Of a stretch of 32,000 nucleotides of DNA, positions 1 through 8,956 are shown piece by piece. The notes under the pieces were generated by a model, which worked only from the letters and a program-made list of their open reading frames with translations, did no database searches and was not told the origin of the DNA. Position 1 is the stretch's first letter; every line of letters starts with the position of its first letter. Origin of the DNA: Xylanibacter ruminicola 23 (GTDB lineage Bacteria; Bacteroidota; Bacteroidia; Bacteroidales; Bacteroidaceae); the NCBI RefSeq assembly GCF_000025925.1, contig NC_014033.1, forward strand, positions 2,490,001 through 2,522,000, written 5' to 3'. A program made the position numbers and the translations under genes.

Positions 1-1
1 A

Positions 2-2677
2 CGAGAAATCAAGGCCGAGCATCCAAACATTCCCTGCGTGGTGCTTACACCCTTCTCGCATGGTATCACCAAACGTATTCAGGACGAGGATATGTCGGTG
101 TTCGACTACGTGTTCTGCTGGTTGGGTAACACCAACCTCATCATGAGCATCATCAAGCTGATTGAGGACAAGATGAACATCGAGCACGACATCAAGGAGG
201 CTGGCGTACAGATGATTATGCTGGTTGAGGATAACATCCGCTTCTACTCGAGTGTGCTGCCAAACCTCTATAACTATATCCTGGCTCAGAGTAAGCGTTT
301 CTCGACCGAGGCGCTGAACCCGCATGCGGCTGCCCAGCGTAAACGCGGACGCCCCAAAGTGGTACTGGCTACCACCTACGAGGAGGCCATGCAGCTGTAC
401 GAGAAGTATCACGAGAACACCTTAGGTGTTATTAGTGATACCCGATTCCCCATGCAAGTACACGAGGGCCGACTGAGCCACGTAGAGGATGGCGACCCAG
501 AGGCAGGATTGAAACTGCTGAGGGAGATTCGCCGTCGCGACGAGTACGTGCCCCTGATTCTCGACTCTTCGGAGATAACCAACAAAGAAAAAGCCGAAGC
601 TGAGGGATTCCACTTTATAGATAAGAACTCGACCAAGATGAATGTGGACCTGCACCACCTGATGGAGGAACACATGGGTTTTGGCGACTTTATATTCCGC
701 GATCCGAAAACCAAGGAAGAGGTGTTCCGTGTATCGTCGCTGAAGGAACTGCAGGACAACATCTTCAAGATTCCTTACGACTCGATGCTCTACCACGTGA
801 GTCGTAACCACATGAGTCGCTGGCTTACAGCACGTGCCATCTTCCCCGTTTCGGCCTTCTTGAAGCATGTTACCTGGCATAAGCTGCAGGACGTGGATGC
901 CCACCGACAGATTATCTTTGATGCCATCGTACAGTACCGAAGGATGAAGAATATTGGTGTGGTAGCTGTGTTCGACCGATTGAAGTTCGACCGCTATGCC
1001 CACTTTGCCCGTATCGGTGAAGGTTCTTTGGGCGGTAAAGGTCGTGGTCTGGCATTCCTTGATAACATTATCAAGCGCCACCCCGAGCTGAACCAGTTTG
1101 AACAGGCCAAGGTATCGATTCCCAAAACGGTGGTATTGTGTACCGATTTCTTCGACGAGTTTATGGAGAAGAACAACCTGTGGACAATTGCCCTGAGCGA
1201 TGCCAGCGACGAGGAGATACTGCAGCACTTTATGCGTGCCCAGTTGCCCGACTCGCTGATAGCCGATTTCTTTACCTTCTTTGATGCCGTAAAGAGTCCT
1301 ATCGCCATCCGTTCAAGTTCGTTGCTCGAGGATTCGCACTACCAGCCCTTTGCAGGTATCTACTCTACCTACATGATTCCATATCTGGATGATAAGTACG
1401 AGATGCTGCGCATGTTGGCCTGTGCCATCAAGGGTGTGTATGCCTCGGTTTACTATAAGGACTCGAAGGCCTACATGCTGGCCACACAGAACGTGATCGA
1501 CCAGGAGAAGATGGCTGTGATTCTGCAGGAGGTAGTGGGCAAGCAGTATGGCGACCTGTACTACCCCAACTTCAGTGGTGTGCTACGTTCGTTGAACTAC
1601 TACCCCATCGGCGACGAGACTGCCGAAGAGGGTATTGCATCGCTGGCAGTAGGATTAGGTAAATATATTGTTGATGGCGGTCAAACCCTTCGCGTTTCGC
1701 CCTATCACCCCAAGCAGGTGCTGCAGACATCGGAGATGGAGACTGCCCTGAGCGAGACCCAAACCCGATTCTACGCCTTGGACATGGCCCATGTAGGCGA
1801 CGACTTTAAGGTTGACGACGGCTTTAACATCAAGAAGGTACGTGTAAAGCAGGCAGCCGAAGATGGAGCCCTGACCTATCTGGCCTCGACCTACGACCCC
1901 GTAGATCAGATTATCCGCGATGGTATCTACGAGGGCGGCCGAAAGGTAATCTCGTTCTGCGGTGTGCTGCAGCACGATGTATTCCCATTACCCGAGCTGT
2001 TGCAGATGGCACAGAAGCTGGGTGCCGACGAGATGAAGCGCCCCGTAGAGATTGAGTTTGCCTGCAACCTGAACGACGACCGTACAGGCGAGTTCTACCT
2101 GCTGCAGATACGTCCTATCGTAGATGCCAAGCAGGTGCTGGATGAAGACCTGCAACAGATACCCGATAGCGACTGCTTGCTGCGCTCGAACAACTCACTG
2201 GGGCATGGTATTTCCGAGGATGTGGTGGATGTGGTATATGTAAAGACCGACGACGATTTTACCGCTGTAAACAATCCCACTATCGCCAGCGAGATTGAGG
2301 AGATTAACCGCAAGTTCCTACAGGCCGACAAGAACTATGTGCTGATTGGTCCAGGCCGCTGGGGTTCGAGTGATTACTGGTTGGGCATACCAGTAAAATG
2401 GCCTCACATATCAGCAGCAAGGGTGATTGTTGAGGTAGGATTGAAGAACTACCGTGTTGACCCCTCGCAGGGCACGCACTTCTTCCAGAACCTCACCTCG
2501 TTTGGTGTGGGCTACTTCACCATCAACACCTATACGGGCGATGGGGTATTCCAGAAGGAGCTGCTCGACCAGATGCCCGCTATAGAAGAAACCCAGTTCG
2601 TACGTCACGTGCGCTTCGACCATCCGCTGAAAATCATGATGGATGGTAAGAAACAAACAGGCGTAGTACTGCGATGA
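2..2677 (+). CDS. Response-regulator receiver domain fused to a PEP/pyruvate-binding (PPDK_N-type ATP-grasp) domain; 5' end lies outside the window
   Basis: The frame is open from the window edge, so the ORF-track GTG at 38 is internal. CheY-like signature residues are present: LVED, VISD (putative phospho-Asp), PLILDS, FIDK. An ATP-grasp follows (GGKGRGLAFL ... EFYLLQIRPIV), then a C-terminal domain of about 185 aa. Stop codon at 2675-2677. Confidence 0.8.
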   Translation, partial: REIKAEHPNIPCVVLTPFSHGITKRIQDEDMSVFDYVFCWLGNTNLIMSIIKLIEDKMNIEHDIKEAGVQMIMLVEDNIRFYSSVLPNLYNYILAQSKRFSTEALNPHAAAQRKRGRPKVVLATTYEEAMQLYEKYHENTLGVISDTRFPMQVHEGRLSHVEDGDPEAGLKLLREIRRRDEYVPLILDSSEITNKEKAEAEGFHFIDKNSTKMNVDLHHLMEEHMGFGDFIFRDPKTKEEVFRVSSLKELQDNIFKIPYDSMLYHVSRNHMSRWLTARAIFPVSAFLKHVTWHKLQDVDAHRQIIFDAIVQYRRMKNIGVVAVFDRLKFDRYAHFARIGEGSLGGKGRGLAFLDNIIKRHPELNQFEQAKVSIPKTVVLCTDFFDEFMEKNNLWTIALSDASDEEILQHFMRAQLPDSLIADFFTFFDAVKSPIAIRSSSLLEDSHYQPFAGIYSTYMIPYLDDKYEMLRMLACAIKGVYASVYYKDSKAYMLATQNVIDQEKMAVILQEVVGKQYGDLYYPNFSGVLRSLNYYPIGDETAEEGIASLAVGLGKYIVDGGQTLRVSPYHPKQVLQTSEMETALSETQTRFYALDMAHVGDDFKVDDGFNIKKVRVKQAAEDGALTYLASTYDPVDQIIRDGIYEGGRKVISFCGVLQHDVFPLPELLQMAQKLGADEMKRPVEIEFACNLNDDRTGEFYLLQIRPIVDAKQVLDEDLQQIPDSDCLLRSNNSLGHGISEDVVDVVYVKTDDDFTAVNNPTIASEIEEINRKFLQADKNYVLIGPGRWGSSDYWLGIPVKWPHISAARVIVEVGLKNYRVDPSQGTHFFQNLTSFGVGYFTINTYTGDGVFQKELLDQMPAIEETQFVRHVRFDHPLKIMMDGKKQTGVVLR

Positions 2678-2684
2678 GATACAG

Positions 2685-2722
2685 GCCCTGCTGCAATAAT
2701 CAGATTGCTAGCAGGGCTTTTT
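2685..2722 (+). terminator. Rho-independent terminator after the receiver/ATP-grasp gene
   Basis: GCCCTGCT (2685-2692) pairs with AGCAGGGC (2710-2717) and is followed by TTTTT (2718-2722). Confidence 0.6.
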
Positions 2723-2775
2723 ACTAAATAAACAAAAAATTAAACAGAAAACTTGGTTTGAAAAAATATTTTTCA

Positions 2776-2783
2776 TACCTTTG
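2776..2783 (+). promoter_or_regulatory. Bacteroidota -7 promoter motif (TAnnTTTG) for the sensor pair
   Basis: TACCTTTG lies 39 nt upstream of ATG 2822. Confidence 0.5.
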
Positions 2784-2821
2784 CACAAGTGCAATTCCAA
2801 TCTATTAACATAGTCCAAAAC

Positions 2822-4330
2822 ATGTCGAAACTAACTGCAAAGATTAAACGTGATTTGCCATTACGCATCAGTCTGATGATAGTGCTTGCCATGGCGCTGC
2901 TGTTAACAGTAACACTGCTTGTCATGCTTCATTCTTCGCGTAACTCTATGAAAGATGATGCGCTGAATAGAGCCACCTATACACTCGATCGCGCCACCAA
3001 CAACATCGATAACATCCTGCTGAGCGTAGAGGAAACGGCTGGCAACATATATTTCAACATGAAGTTTGATGATCCGGAACGGATGTACACCTATGCACAT
3101 AAGATTGTAGAAACCAACCCATACGTGTCGGGCTGTGTCATCGCCTTTAAGCCCGGATACTTTAAGGGACACGACCTGTTTATGGTATATGCACATAGTA
3201 CTGATAGTACCCATCAGGATCAATCCACAGCCAACATTGTTCACAGTAACAGTTTCGGCACCAAGCCCTATACCGAACAGATATGGTTTAATCGTCCGAT
3301 AGGTAAGAACAGAGCCATGTGGATGAACCCGCTACTCGGCATGAAGTCGGACATAGAGCCACTCACCTCGTTCTGTGCGCCTATACTCGACGCTAATCAC
3401 AGTCCGATAGGTGTTATCAGCGTACATGTGCCACTACAACTGCTTTCAAGCATTATCTCAGCCGCCAGGCCTTCGCCCAACTCCTATTGTGCGCTGTTAG
3501 ATAACGACGGATCGTTTATTGTTGATCCCACTGTCAGCTATCTCTCAAAAACAAAGGCTTTCAACCTGCCAGGCAACTCAGTTCAGGAGGCCGTAAAAAC
3601 AATGACGTCGGGTAATAAAGGCTATCTGCCATTCGAACTCAACGGACACAAGTTTTATCTGTTCTACCAACCATTCAGGATGGCCCAAGTGCCCTATCGC
3701 ACCTTGATAACCAATCCTGGTTGGAGTATCGGCGTAGCATTCTCAGAAAACGACATCTTTGGCGAGTACAATGCACTATTCAATTTTGTAATCATCATCG
3801 CCATCGTGGGCATGGTACTGATGTATCTGCACACCCGTCTGATTATCCGTCACCGCTTAAAGCCACTCAGGATGCTTACAGAACTTACGGATCGCATTGC
3901 CCATGGACATTATAACGAGCCCCTACCCTCACGCCATCGGAACAAGGACGAGATAGGTCTGCTGCAAGGCCATTTCCAGCAGATGCAACGCTCGGTGGCA
4001 GCCAACATCAACGAACTGCACGAACTAACCCAAACCATACAGGAACGCAGTAAAGAGTTACATGAGGCTTACGAGCAAGCTCAGAAGGCCGACCGAATGA
4101 AGACGGCTTTCCTGCATAACATGACCGACCAGATGTTGGCCCCATCGTTTGCCATCGACGAGGATGTGTCGGCATTAAGTCATTTTGATAAAAAAACAAG
4201 CACCCAGACGGTGAGCCAGTTAGTGGAGGACATCCAGCAAAACGGCGACACCATTACGCAGATACTGAATAATCTGATCAACCTCTCGGAGAAAGAAGAA
4301 GACCTGGAGGAGAAAGGAGGTAAGTTATGA
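2822..4330 (+). CDS. Membrane Cache-like/HAMP sensor with a degenerate DHp helix and no ATPase domain (kinase-dead paralog of the next gene)
   Basis: Start taken at ATG 2822; the ORF-track GTG at 2789 sits just 3' of the promoter motif. TM1 is LRISLMIVLAMALLLTVTLLVML, followed by about 290 aa of extracytoplasmic region, TM2 FNFVIIIAIVGMVLMYL, and HAMP. The H-box position reads FLHNMTDQMLAP, with Asp where His is expected. The protein ends after the DHp region, and I see no N/G1/F/G2 boxes. Confidence 0.8.
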   Translation: MSKLTAKIKRDLPLRISLMIVLAMALLLTVTLLVMLHSSRNSMKDDALNRATYTLDRATNNIDNILLSVEETAGNIYFNMKFDDPERMYTYAHKIVETNPYVSGCVIAFKPGYFKGHDLFMVYAHSTDSTHQDQSTANIVHSNSFGTKPYTEQIWFNRPIGKNRAMWMNPLLGMKSDIEPLTSFCAPILDANHSPIGVISVHVPLQLLSSIISAARPSPNSYCALLDNDGSFIVDPTVSYLSKTKAFNLPGNSVQEAVKTMTSGNKGYLPFELNGHKFYLFYQPFRMAQVPYRTLITNPGWSIGVAFSENDIFGEYNALFNFVIIIAIVGMVLMYLHTRLIIRHRLKPLRMLTELTDRIAHGHYNEPLPSRHRNKDEIGLLQGHFQQMQRSVAANINELHELTQTIQERSKELHEAYEQAQKADRMKTAFLHNMTDQMLAPSFAIDEDVSALSHFDKKTSTQTVSQLVEDIQQNGDTITQILNNLINLSEKEEDLEEKGGKL

Positions 4331-6243
4331 TGAATATTCGTCGTTCATTCTCGGCAAAGGTCATCATGTGGGTTCTGCTGTTAGCAGTACCAGTTTTCCT
4401 GGCATCGGTAGGTGTACTGTTCTGGCAGTCGCACAAACTGATACGTGCCGAAGCTGTTGATAAAGCCAGCAATGTACTGGCTTGTGCCATGCACCGTATT
4501 AACCGTTATCTGATAACGACCAAGACGGCAAGTCATACTAATGCCTGGATAGTTGAGCAATCACTATACCCCGACTCGATACAGGCCATAACCAACCGCA
4601 TAGCAACCACCAATCCCTATACCGATGGTTGCGCCATCAGCACCGAGCCAGGTGTTATCCCCCAGTATCCCGATGGATTCATGTCGGTTTCGTTCAATAC
4701 CAAAGACAGCGTCAATACCTTTATTGAGCCCGACCACAGCTACTTCCAGGAACGTTGGTACAGTATTCCTCGTACACAGCGCAAACCAACCTGGGTGGTG
4801 TTTAACGACAAGAACAGGGAACAGGAAACCGACGAAGATGCTACGATAGCCGCCTATACGCACCCCTTGTTCAACAAGAAAGGTAAGTTTGTTGGCGTTA
4901 TTTCAATCTGGCTCTCATTGCAGCACATCTCCAATATTATGGCCGAGGTACGACCCTATCCGCACTCGTACTATGTGATGATTGACGAGAAAGGACGTTA
5001 TGTGGGTCATCCCGATTCTACCCGCCTATTCAACCAAACTATCTTCAGCGTGGCCGACCCACAACATCAGGCCGACCTGATAGCCTTAGGTTACGAGATG
5101 ACAAAGGGTAATAAAGGTAGCATGTCGGTAAAAATCAATGGCAAAAAATCGCTGGTATGCTATATGCCCGTTGAAGGCACTCCATGGAGCCTGGCTATTG
5201 TTTGTCCGCATAGCGATATCTTGAGAGGATTCTACCGTCTTACCTATATTGTAGTGGCACTACTGATTGTAGGTTTGCTGCTTATCTTTATCAACTGTCA
5301 CAAGGCGGTAACCGTTTCACTCAGTCCGCTACAGCAACTGCTTGAAAAGACCAAAGCAGTTAGCAACGGCCATTTAGATGTGGATATAGCCCATACCAAG
5401 CGAACGGATGTGATAGGCGGATTGCAGAACAGTTTTGCCACCATGTTGGAGTCGCTCAATTATTATATCAACAGCGTGCGTACCGCTACCGATCAGACCA
5501 AGCGTTACAACCGTGAGCTGGAGCATACCACCCAACTGGCAGTAGAGGCCCAGCATCAGAAAACGGTTTTCATCCAGAACGTTACACACCAGATACGCAC
5601 ACCGCTTAATATCATTATGGGCTTTGCACAGATACTGAATTGCCCTACCGACGACACATCGCTGAGCGAAGAGTTAGGACAGGATGAGATTAAGAGTATT
5701 GCCAGCACCATGACGCACAACAGTCGACTGCTTATACGTATGGTGATGATGCTGTTCGACAGCTCTGAAAACGGCAAGGCTGAGACTGCCAATTGTGATA
5801 AGCGCGAGATGGTGGCATGCAACGATGTGTGCCAGGTAGCGCTAAAATTCACAACCAAGAATCATCCTGACATACCTGTAGAATACAAGACCGAATTGGC
5901 TGATGATTTCTGCATCCACACCAATTTCCGCTATCTGGAATATAGTCTGGAGGAGTTACTCAGCAATGCCGTACGCTATTCCGACCAGCAGCACATCTCG
6001 CTACACGTAACGCGTAACGAGGAGTTTGTACGTTTCGTAGTACAGGATACAGGTAATGGTATTGCCGAAGCCGACCGCGACAATATCTTTAAGTTCTTTA
6101 CCAAGGTGGACGACTTTAGCGAGGGCTTAGGCCTGGGCCTGCCCCTTACTAAACGTCATGCAGAAACATTGGGTGGAAACCTGATACTCGACACCACCTA
6201 CCATGAGGGTAGCCGGTTTATCTTCGAGATACCCGTGGCATAG
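4327..6243 (+). CDS. Cache-like/HAMP sensor histidine kinase (complete HisKA + HATPase_c)
   Basis: The ATG at 4327 overlaps the upstream TGA (ATGA, 4327-4330). Two TM segments flank a periplasmic domain of about 280 aa. Motifs: H-box FIQNVTHQIRTPL, N-box LLSNAVRYS, G1 DTGNGI, F IFKFF, G2 GLGLGLPL. Confidence 0.9.
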   Translation: MMNIRRSFSAKVIMWVLLLAVPVFLASVGVLFWQSHKLIRAEAVDKASNVLACAMHRINRYLITTKTASHTNAWIVEQSLYPDSIQAITNRIATTNPYTDGCAISTEPGVIPQYPDGFMSVSFNTKDSVNTFIEPDHSYFQERWYSIPRTQRKPTWVVFNDKNREQETDEDATIAAYTHPLFNKKGKFVGVISIWLSLQHISNIMAEVRPYPHSYYVMIDEKGRYVGHPDSTRLFNQTIFSVADPQHQADLIALGYEMTKGNKGSMSVKINGKKSLVCYMPVEGTPWSLAIVCPHSDILRGFYRLTYIVVALLIVGLLLIFINCHKAVTVSLSPLQQLLEKTKAVSNGHLDVDIAHTKRTDVIGGLQNSFATMLESLNYYINSVRTATDQTKRYNRELEHTTQLAVEAQHQKTVFIQNVTHQIRTPLNIIMGFAQILNCPTDDTSLSEELGQDEIKSIASTMTHNSRLLIRMVMMLFDSSENGKAETANCDKREMVACNDVCQVALKFTTKNHPDIPVEYKTELADDFCIHTNFRYLEYSLEELLSNAVRYSDQQHISLHVTRNEEFVRFVVQDTGNGIAEADRDNIFKFFTKVDDFSEGLGLGLPLTKRHAETLGGNLILDTTYHEGSRFIFEIPVA

Positions 6244-6245
6244 CA

Positions 6246-7754
6246 TCAGCCACAATGGAAGTACTTGGTAACTAACTTCTGGATTTCCTCTGGATAATTC
6301 TCTATCGTAAGACGGAGGTTCTTATCGTCGAAGGCACGAAGCTGTTCGATGATACCATCTATCATGGCAGGCGAGAACACGCCATACTCCTCGTAGGCCC
6401 TACGCTGACGATTCAAGCAGTCGGCCGAAGCCACACACGAATCGGGTAACTGTGCCAGATTAGCCAGACGATCGGCATTCTCGGCAGCATGGATGTTTAC
6501 ATTCACGTAAGTTTTCTCGGCCAGTTTAAGTGCGCCATCCAACTCAAAACCATAACGGCAGGCTACGCACAAGCCAGCCAACAACTGGTAGAGATCGGCA
6601 GAGCCATCGGGTGAACGCATCTCAACGGTCTGCTTGATGCTGGTATCATAGCGAGTTTGTGGCTCCAACGGATTCGCAGCATGACACATATCCACATCTG
6701 CAGCCCAGCCTAATGGCACACGTACCAATACGCTGCGGTTTCTGTCGCCCCAACAAACATTAGTGGGCGCCTCCTGATGGGGAACCAGACGGAAGTAGCT
6801 GGTTGGATTCTTATTACCAAAAGCGGTAATCGAAGGTGCCAGCACCATCATACCAGCAATCATCTTACGGGCAGCCTCGCTCAGTACACCATTCTCCAGC
6901 ATCTGGTTCTTGCCGTCCTTCAGCATACGCATGTGGATATGCAAACCAGAGCCAGCCTTACCTGTGGTAATCTTAGGAGCAAAGGTTACATCATAACCCA
7001 ACTCATAAGCCAGGTTGCGGATAACCCACTTGGCAATCATCAACTGGTCGGCAGCCTGCTCAACAGCCACAGGCAGGAACTCAATCTCGTTCTGCTCGTA
7101 GTTCTTACCATCCAAGCTGAAGTTACCTACCTCAGAGTGTCCATACTTAATCTGACCACCAGCCTGGGCAATATACTTCATACAACGGGTGCGGAACTCA
7201 TTAGCTTTGGCATAAGGTGCCGACTCGTGATAGCCGCGCTGGTCCTGAGCAGGGAACATGCCCTCGTCGTTACTAATCACATAATACTCTAACTCGCCCA
7301 TGGCCTGGAACTCCATACCTGTTACCTGACGGAAAGCCTCAGCAGCCTTGTGGAGTGTGTGCTCGGGCGATGACTCCAACGGATTGCCATCCTTATCGAA
7401 GAACGAGCAGAGCAATGATACAGTTGGAATCTCGGCAAACGGATCGACAAAAGCCGTACGGTAGCGTGGCAACACATACAGATCGCTGCTGCCAGCCTGA
7501 ATAAACGAGAACAAGCTACTGCCATCCACACGCTCGCCACAAGTAAGTATGGTATCAAGATAAGCCAGATCGTTAATTACAAAGTTAAGGGTTTTCAATC
7601 TGCCATCGCCGCCTGGATACATAAAGTTAACCATGCGGATATCGTTGTTCACAATGTAATCAATAATGTCGGCTTTAGTAAACTCTGCCGCGGGTTTCTG
7701 AAGTGCCTCTACAATAGGGTTGGCATTCAACATCAGCTTGTCGTTGTTCATCAT
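6246..7754 (-). CDS. glnA: Glutamine synthetase (about 500-aa GlnA type)
   Basis: Motifs GSGLHIHMRM and NPTSYFRLVPHQEAPTNVCWGDRNRSVLVRVP; N-terminal beta-grasp-like region; 502 aa. Confidence 0.9.
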   Translation of the reverse strand: MMNNDKLMLNANPIVEALQKPAAEFTKADIIDYIVNNDIRMVNFMYPGGDGRLKTLNFVINDLAYLDTILTCGERVDGSSLFSFIQAGSSDLYVLPRYRTAFVDPFAEIPTVSLLCSFFDKDGNPLESSPEHTLHKAAEAFRQVTGMEFQAMGELEYYVISNDEGMFPAQDQRGYHESAPYAKANEFRTRCMKYIAQAGGQIKYGHSEVGNFSLDGKNYEQNEIEFLPVAVEQAADQLMIAKWVIRNLAYELGYDVTFAPKITTGKAGSGLHIHMRMLKDGKNQMLENGVLSEAARKMIAGMMVLAPSITAFGNKNPTSYFRLVPHQEAPTNVCWGDRNRSVLVRVPLGWAADVDMCHAANPLEPQTRYDTSIKQTVEMRSPDGSADLYQLLAGLCVACRYGFELDGALKLAEKTYVNVNIHAAENADRLANLAQLPDSCVASADCLNRQRRAYEEYGVFSPAMIDGIIEQLRAFDDKNLRLTIENYPEEIQKLVTKYFHCG

Positions 7755-7792
7755 GATGCTTTATCGTATAATTGTTTACGTTATATTTCGGG

Positions 7793-7800
7793 CAAAGATA
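7793..7800 (-). promoter_or_regulatory. -7 promoter motif candidate for glnA
   Basis: CAAAGATA on the + strand equals TATCTTTG on the - strand, 39 nt upstream of the glnA ATG. A second candidate, TATATTTG, lies at 7854-7861 on the - strand. Confidence 0.4.
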
Positions 7801-7863
7801 AGCATTTTTATTGGGTGTATGGTATTATTTTGAGGTTTTTTATAATTTTTGCACAAATATACA

Positions 7864-7892
7864 TAAAAATGGGAGACCGGTTAAAGTCTCCC
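7864..7892 (-). terminator. Terminator at the end of the minus-strand PUL operon
   Basis: GGGAGAC (7871-7877) pairs with GTCTCCC (7886-7892). On the - strand the hairpin is followed by ATTTTTAT. Confidence 0.6.
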
Positions 7893-7902
7893 ATCCAACC
7901 AA

Positions 7903-8955
7903 TTACTTACAATTAAACGTCGGATAACTACTTTCTACCGACGACTGGCTGCCTGCTATCAAAGGCCAGCCATTAACCCATTCAACACGATCCATCAACA
8001 CCTGTCTGCCAGCATCGGGATCGCTCCTCATGTAACCATGATATATCATCCAGTCCTGACCGGCATCATCGGTAACAAACTCGGAATTATGGCCAGGGCC
8101 TGCCACGTTGTTACTGCCATGCAACAGCACATCGAATGCACCATCTAACATACGCTTGCCATCCTTGGTAACATACGGTCCGAACAGATTCTCAGAGCGT
8201 CCGTAGATAACCTGATAGGTACTGTTGTTGCCCTCGCAGCACGAGCCGTTTGATCCAAACAGATAGTAATAGCCATCGCGATGGTGGATATAAGTAGCCT
8301 CCATCTGGTTGCCAGCTATCTGTACAGGCTTGGCACCGGGCTTAAGCGTGAGTCCGTCGGCACTCAACTCTACACCATAGATACCATGGAACGAGCCCCA
8401 GAACAGATACTTCTTACCACCATCCTCGATATAGAAGGGATCGATACAGTTCTGTATGCCGATATCCTCGCTGATAAACAGTGCACCATGATCGGTGTAA
8501 GGTCCCTGCGGTTGGGTGGCCGAAGCAACACCTAAACCGCAAGTCCACTCACCACCCCAAGTCGACTTAGAGTAATAGAGCATATATTTTCCATCAACAT
8601 AATTTATATCGGGTGCCCAGATACCACCACCAGGATTCCACTTGGGGCGACTCTCATCAGTAAAAGCCGTACCCACATACTGCCACTTCAGCAAATCGGT
8701 AGAACGATAGATAGGCAGGTTGCGGATATCCTCGGTAGCAAAGAGATAGAACACGCCATCGGGCGACTTTACTATAGAGGGATCGGGCAACGAGGTTGCA
8801 ATGATAGGATTACGATACTTCTGAACAACAGGGATAGGTTTGTTATCCTGAGAGTGCCCACCGTCGTCCGACGATGAGCAACCCAGAATAGGCATAAAGC
8901 CAACAATTATACTAACTATAGAAAACATGTAACTTCTTTTATTCTTTACTAACAT
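7903..8955 (-). CDS. Glycoside hydrolase family 43 lipoprotein
   Basis: Start moved to the ATG at 8953-8955, 1 nt after the SusD stop. This gives MLVKNKRSYMFSIVSIIVGFMPILGC, a lipobox signal peptide; ATG 8928 is an alternative. GH43 motifs: LPDPSIV (catalytic Asp), CIDPFYIEDGG, MEATYI. Confidence 0.85.
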   Translation of the reverse strand: MLVKNKRSYMFSIVSIIVGFMPILGCSSSDDGGHSQDNKPIPVVQKYRNPIIATSLPDPSIVKSPDGVFYLFATEDIRNLPIYRSTDLLKWQYVGTAFTDESRPKWNPGGGIWAPDINYVDGKYMLYYSKSTWGGEWTCGLGVASATQPQGPYTDHGALFISEDIGIQNCIDPFYIEDGGKKYLFWGSFHGIYGVELSADGLTLKPGAKPVQIAGNQMEATYIHHRDGYYYLFGSNGSCCEGNNSTYQVIYGRSENLFGPYVTKDGKRMLDGAFDVLLHGSNNVAGPGHNSEFVTDDAGQDWMIYHGYMRSDPDAGRQVLMDRVEWVNGWPLIAGSQSSVESSYPTFNCK

Positions 8956-8956
8956 A

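Noticed and set aside
422-1228. Long antisense ORFs inside real genes. Examples: 422-1228 (-), 6777-7292 (+), 15054-15635 (+), 22256-22771 (+), 23069-23737 (-), 23756-24199 (-), 28074-28472 (-), 29200-29583 (-).
   Set aside because: Each is fully nested opposite a gene with clear family motifs. Their translations are low-complexity with no recognisable motifs, and none has a promoter motif. These are typical shadow ORFs of codon-biased genes.
2769-2785. An identical 17-mer, TTTTTCATACCTTTGCA, at 2769-2785 and 24389-24405. It could suggest a dispersed repeat or mobile-element end.
   Set aside because: Both copies are centred on the TAnnTTTG -7 promoter motif, directly after a terminator T-tract. 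Similarity stops at the motif edges. This is promoter consensus rather than a repeat element.
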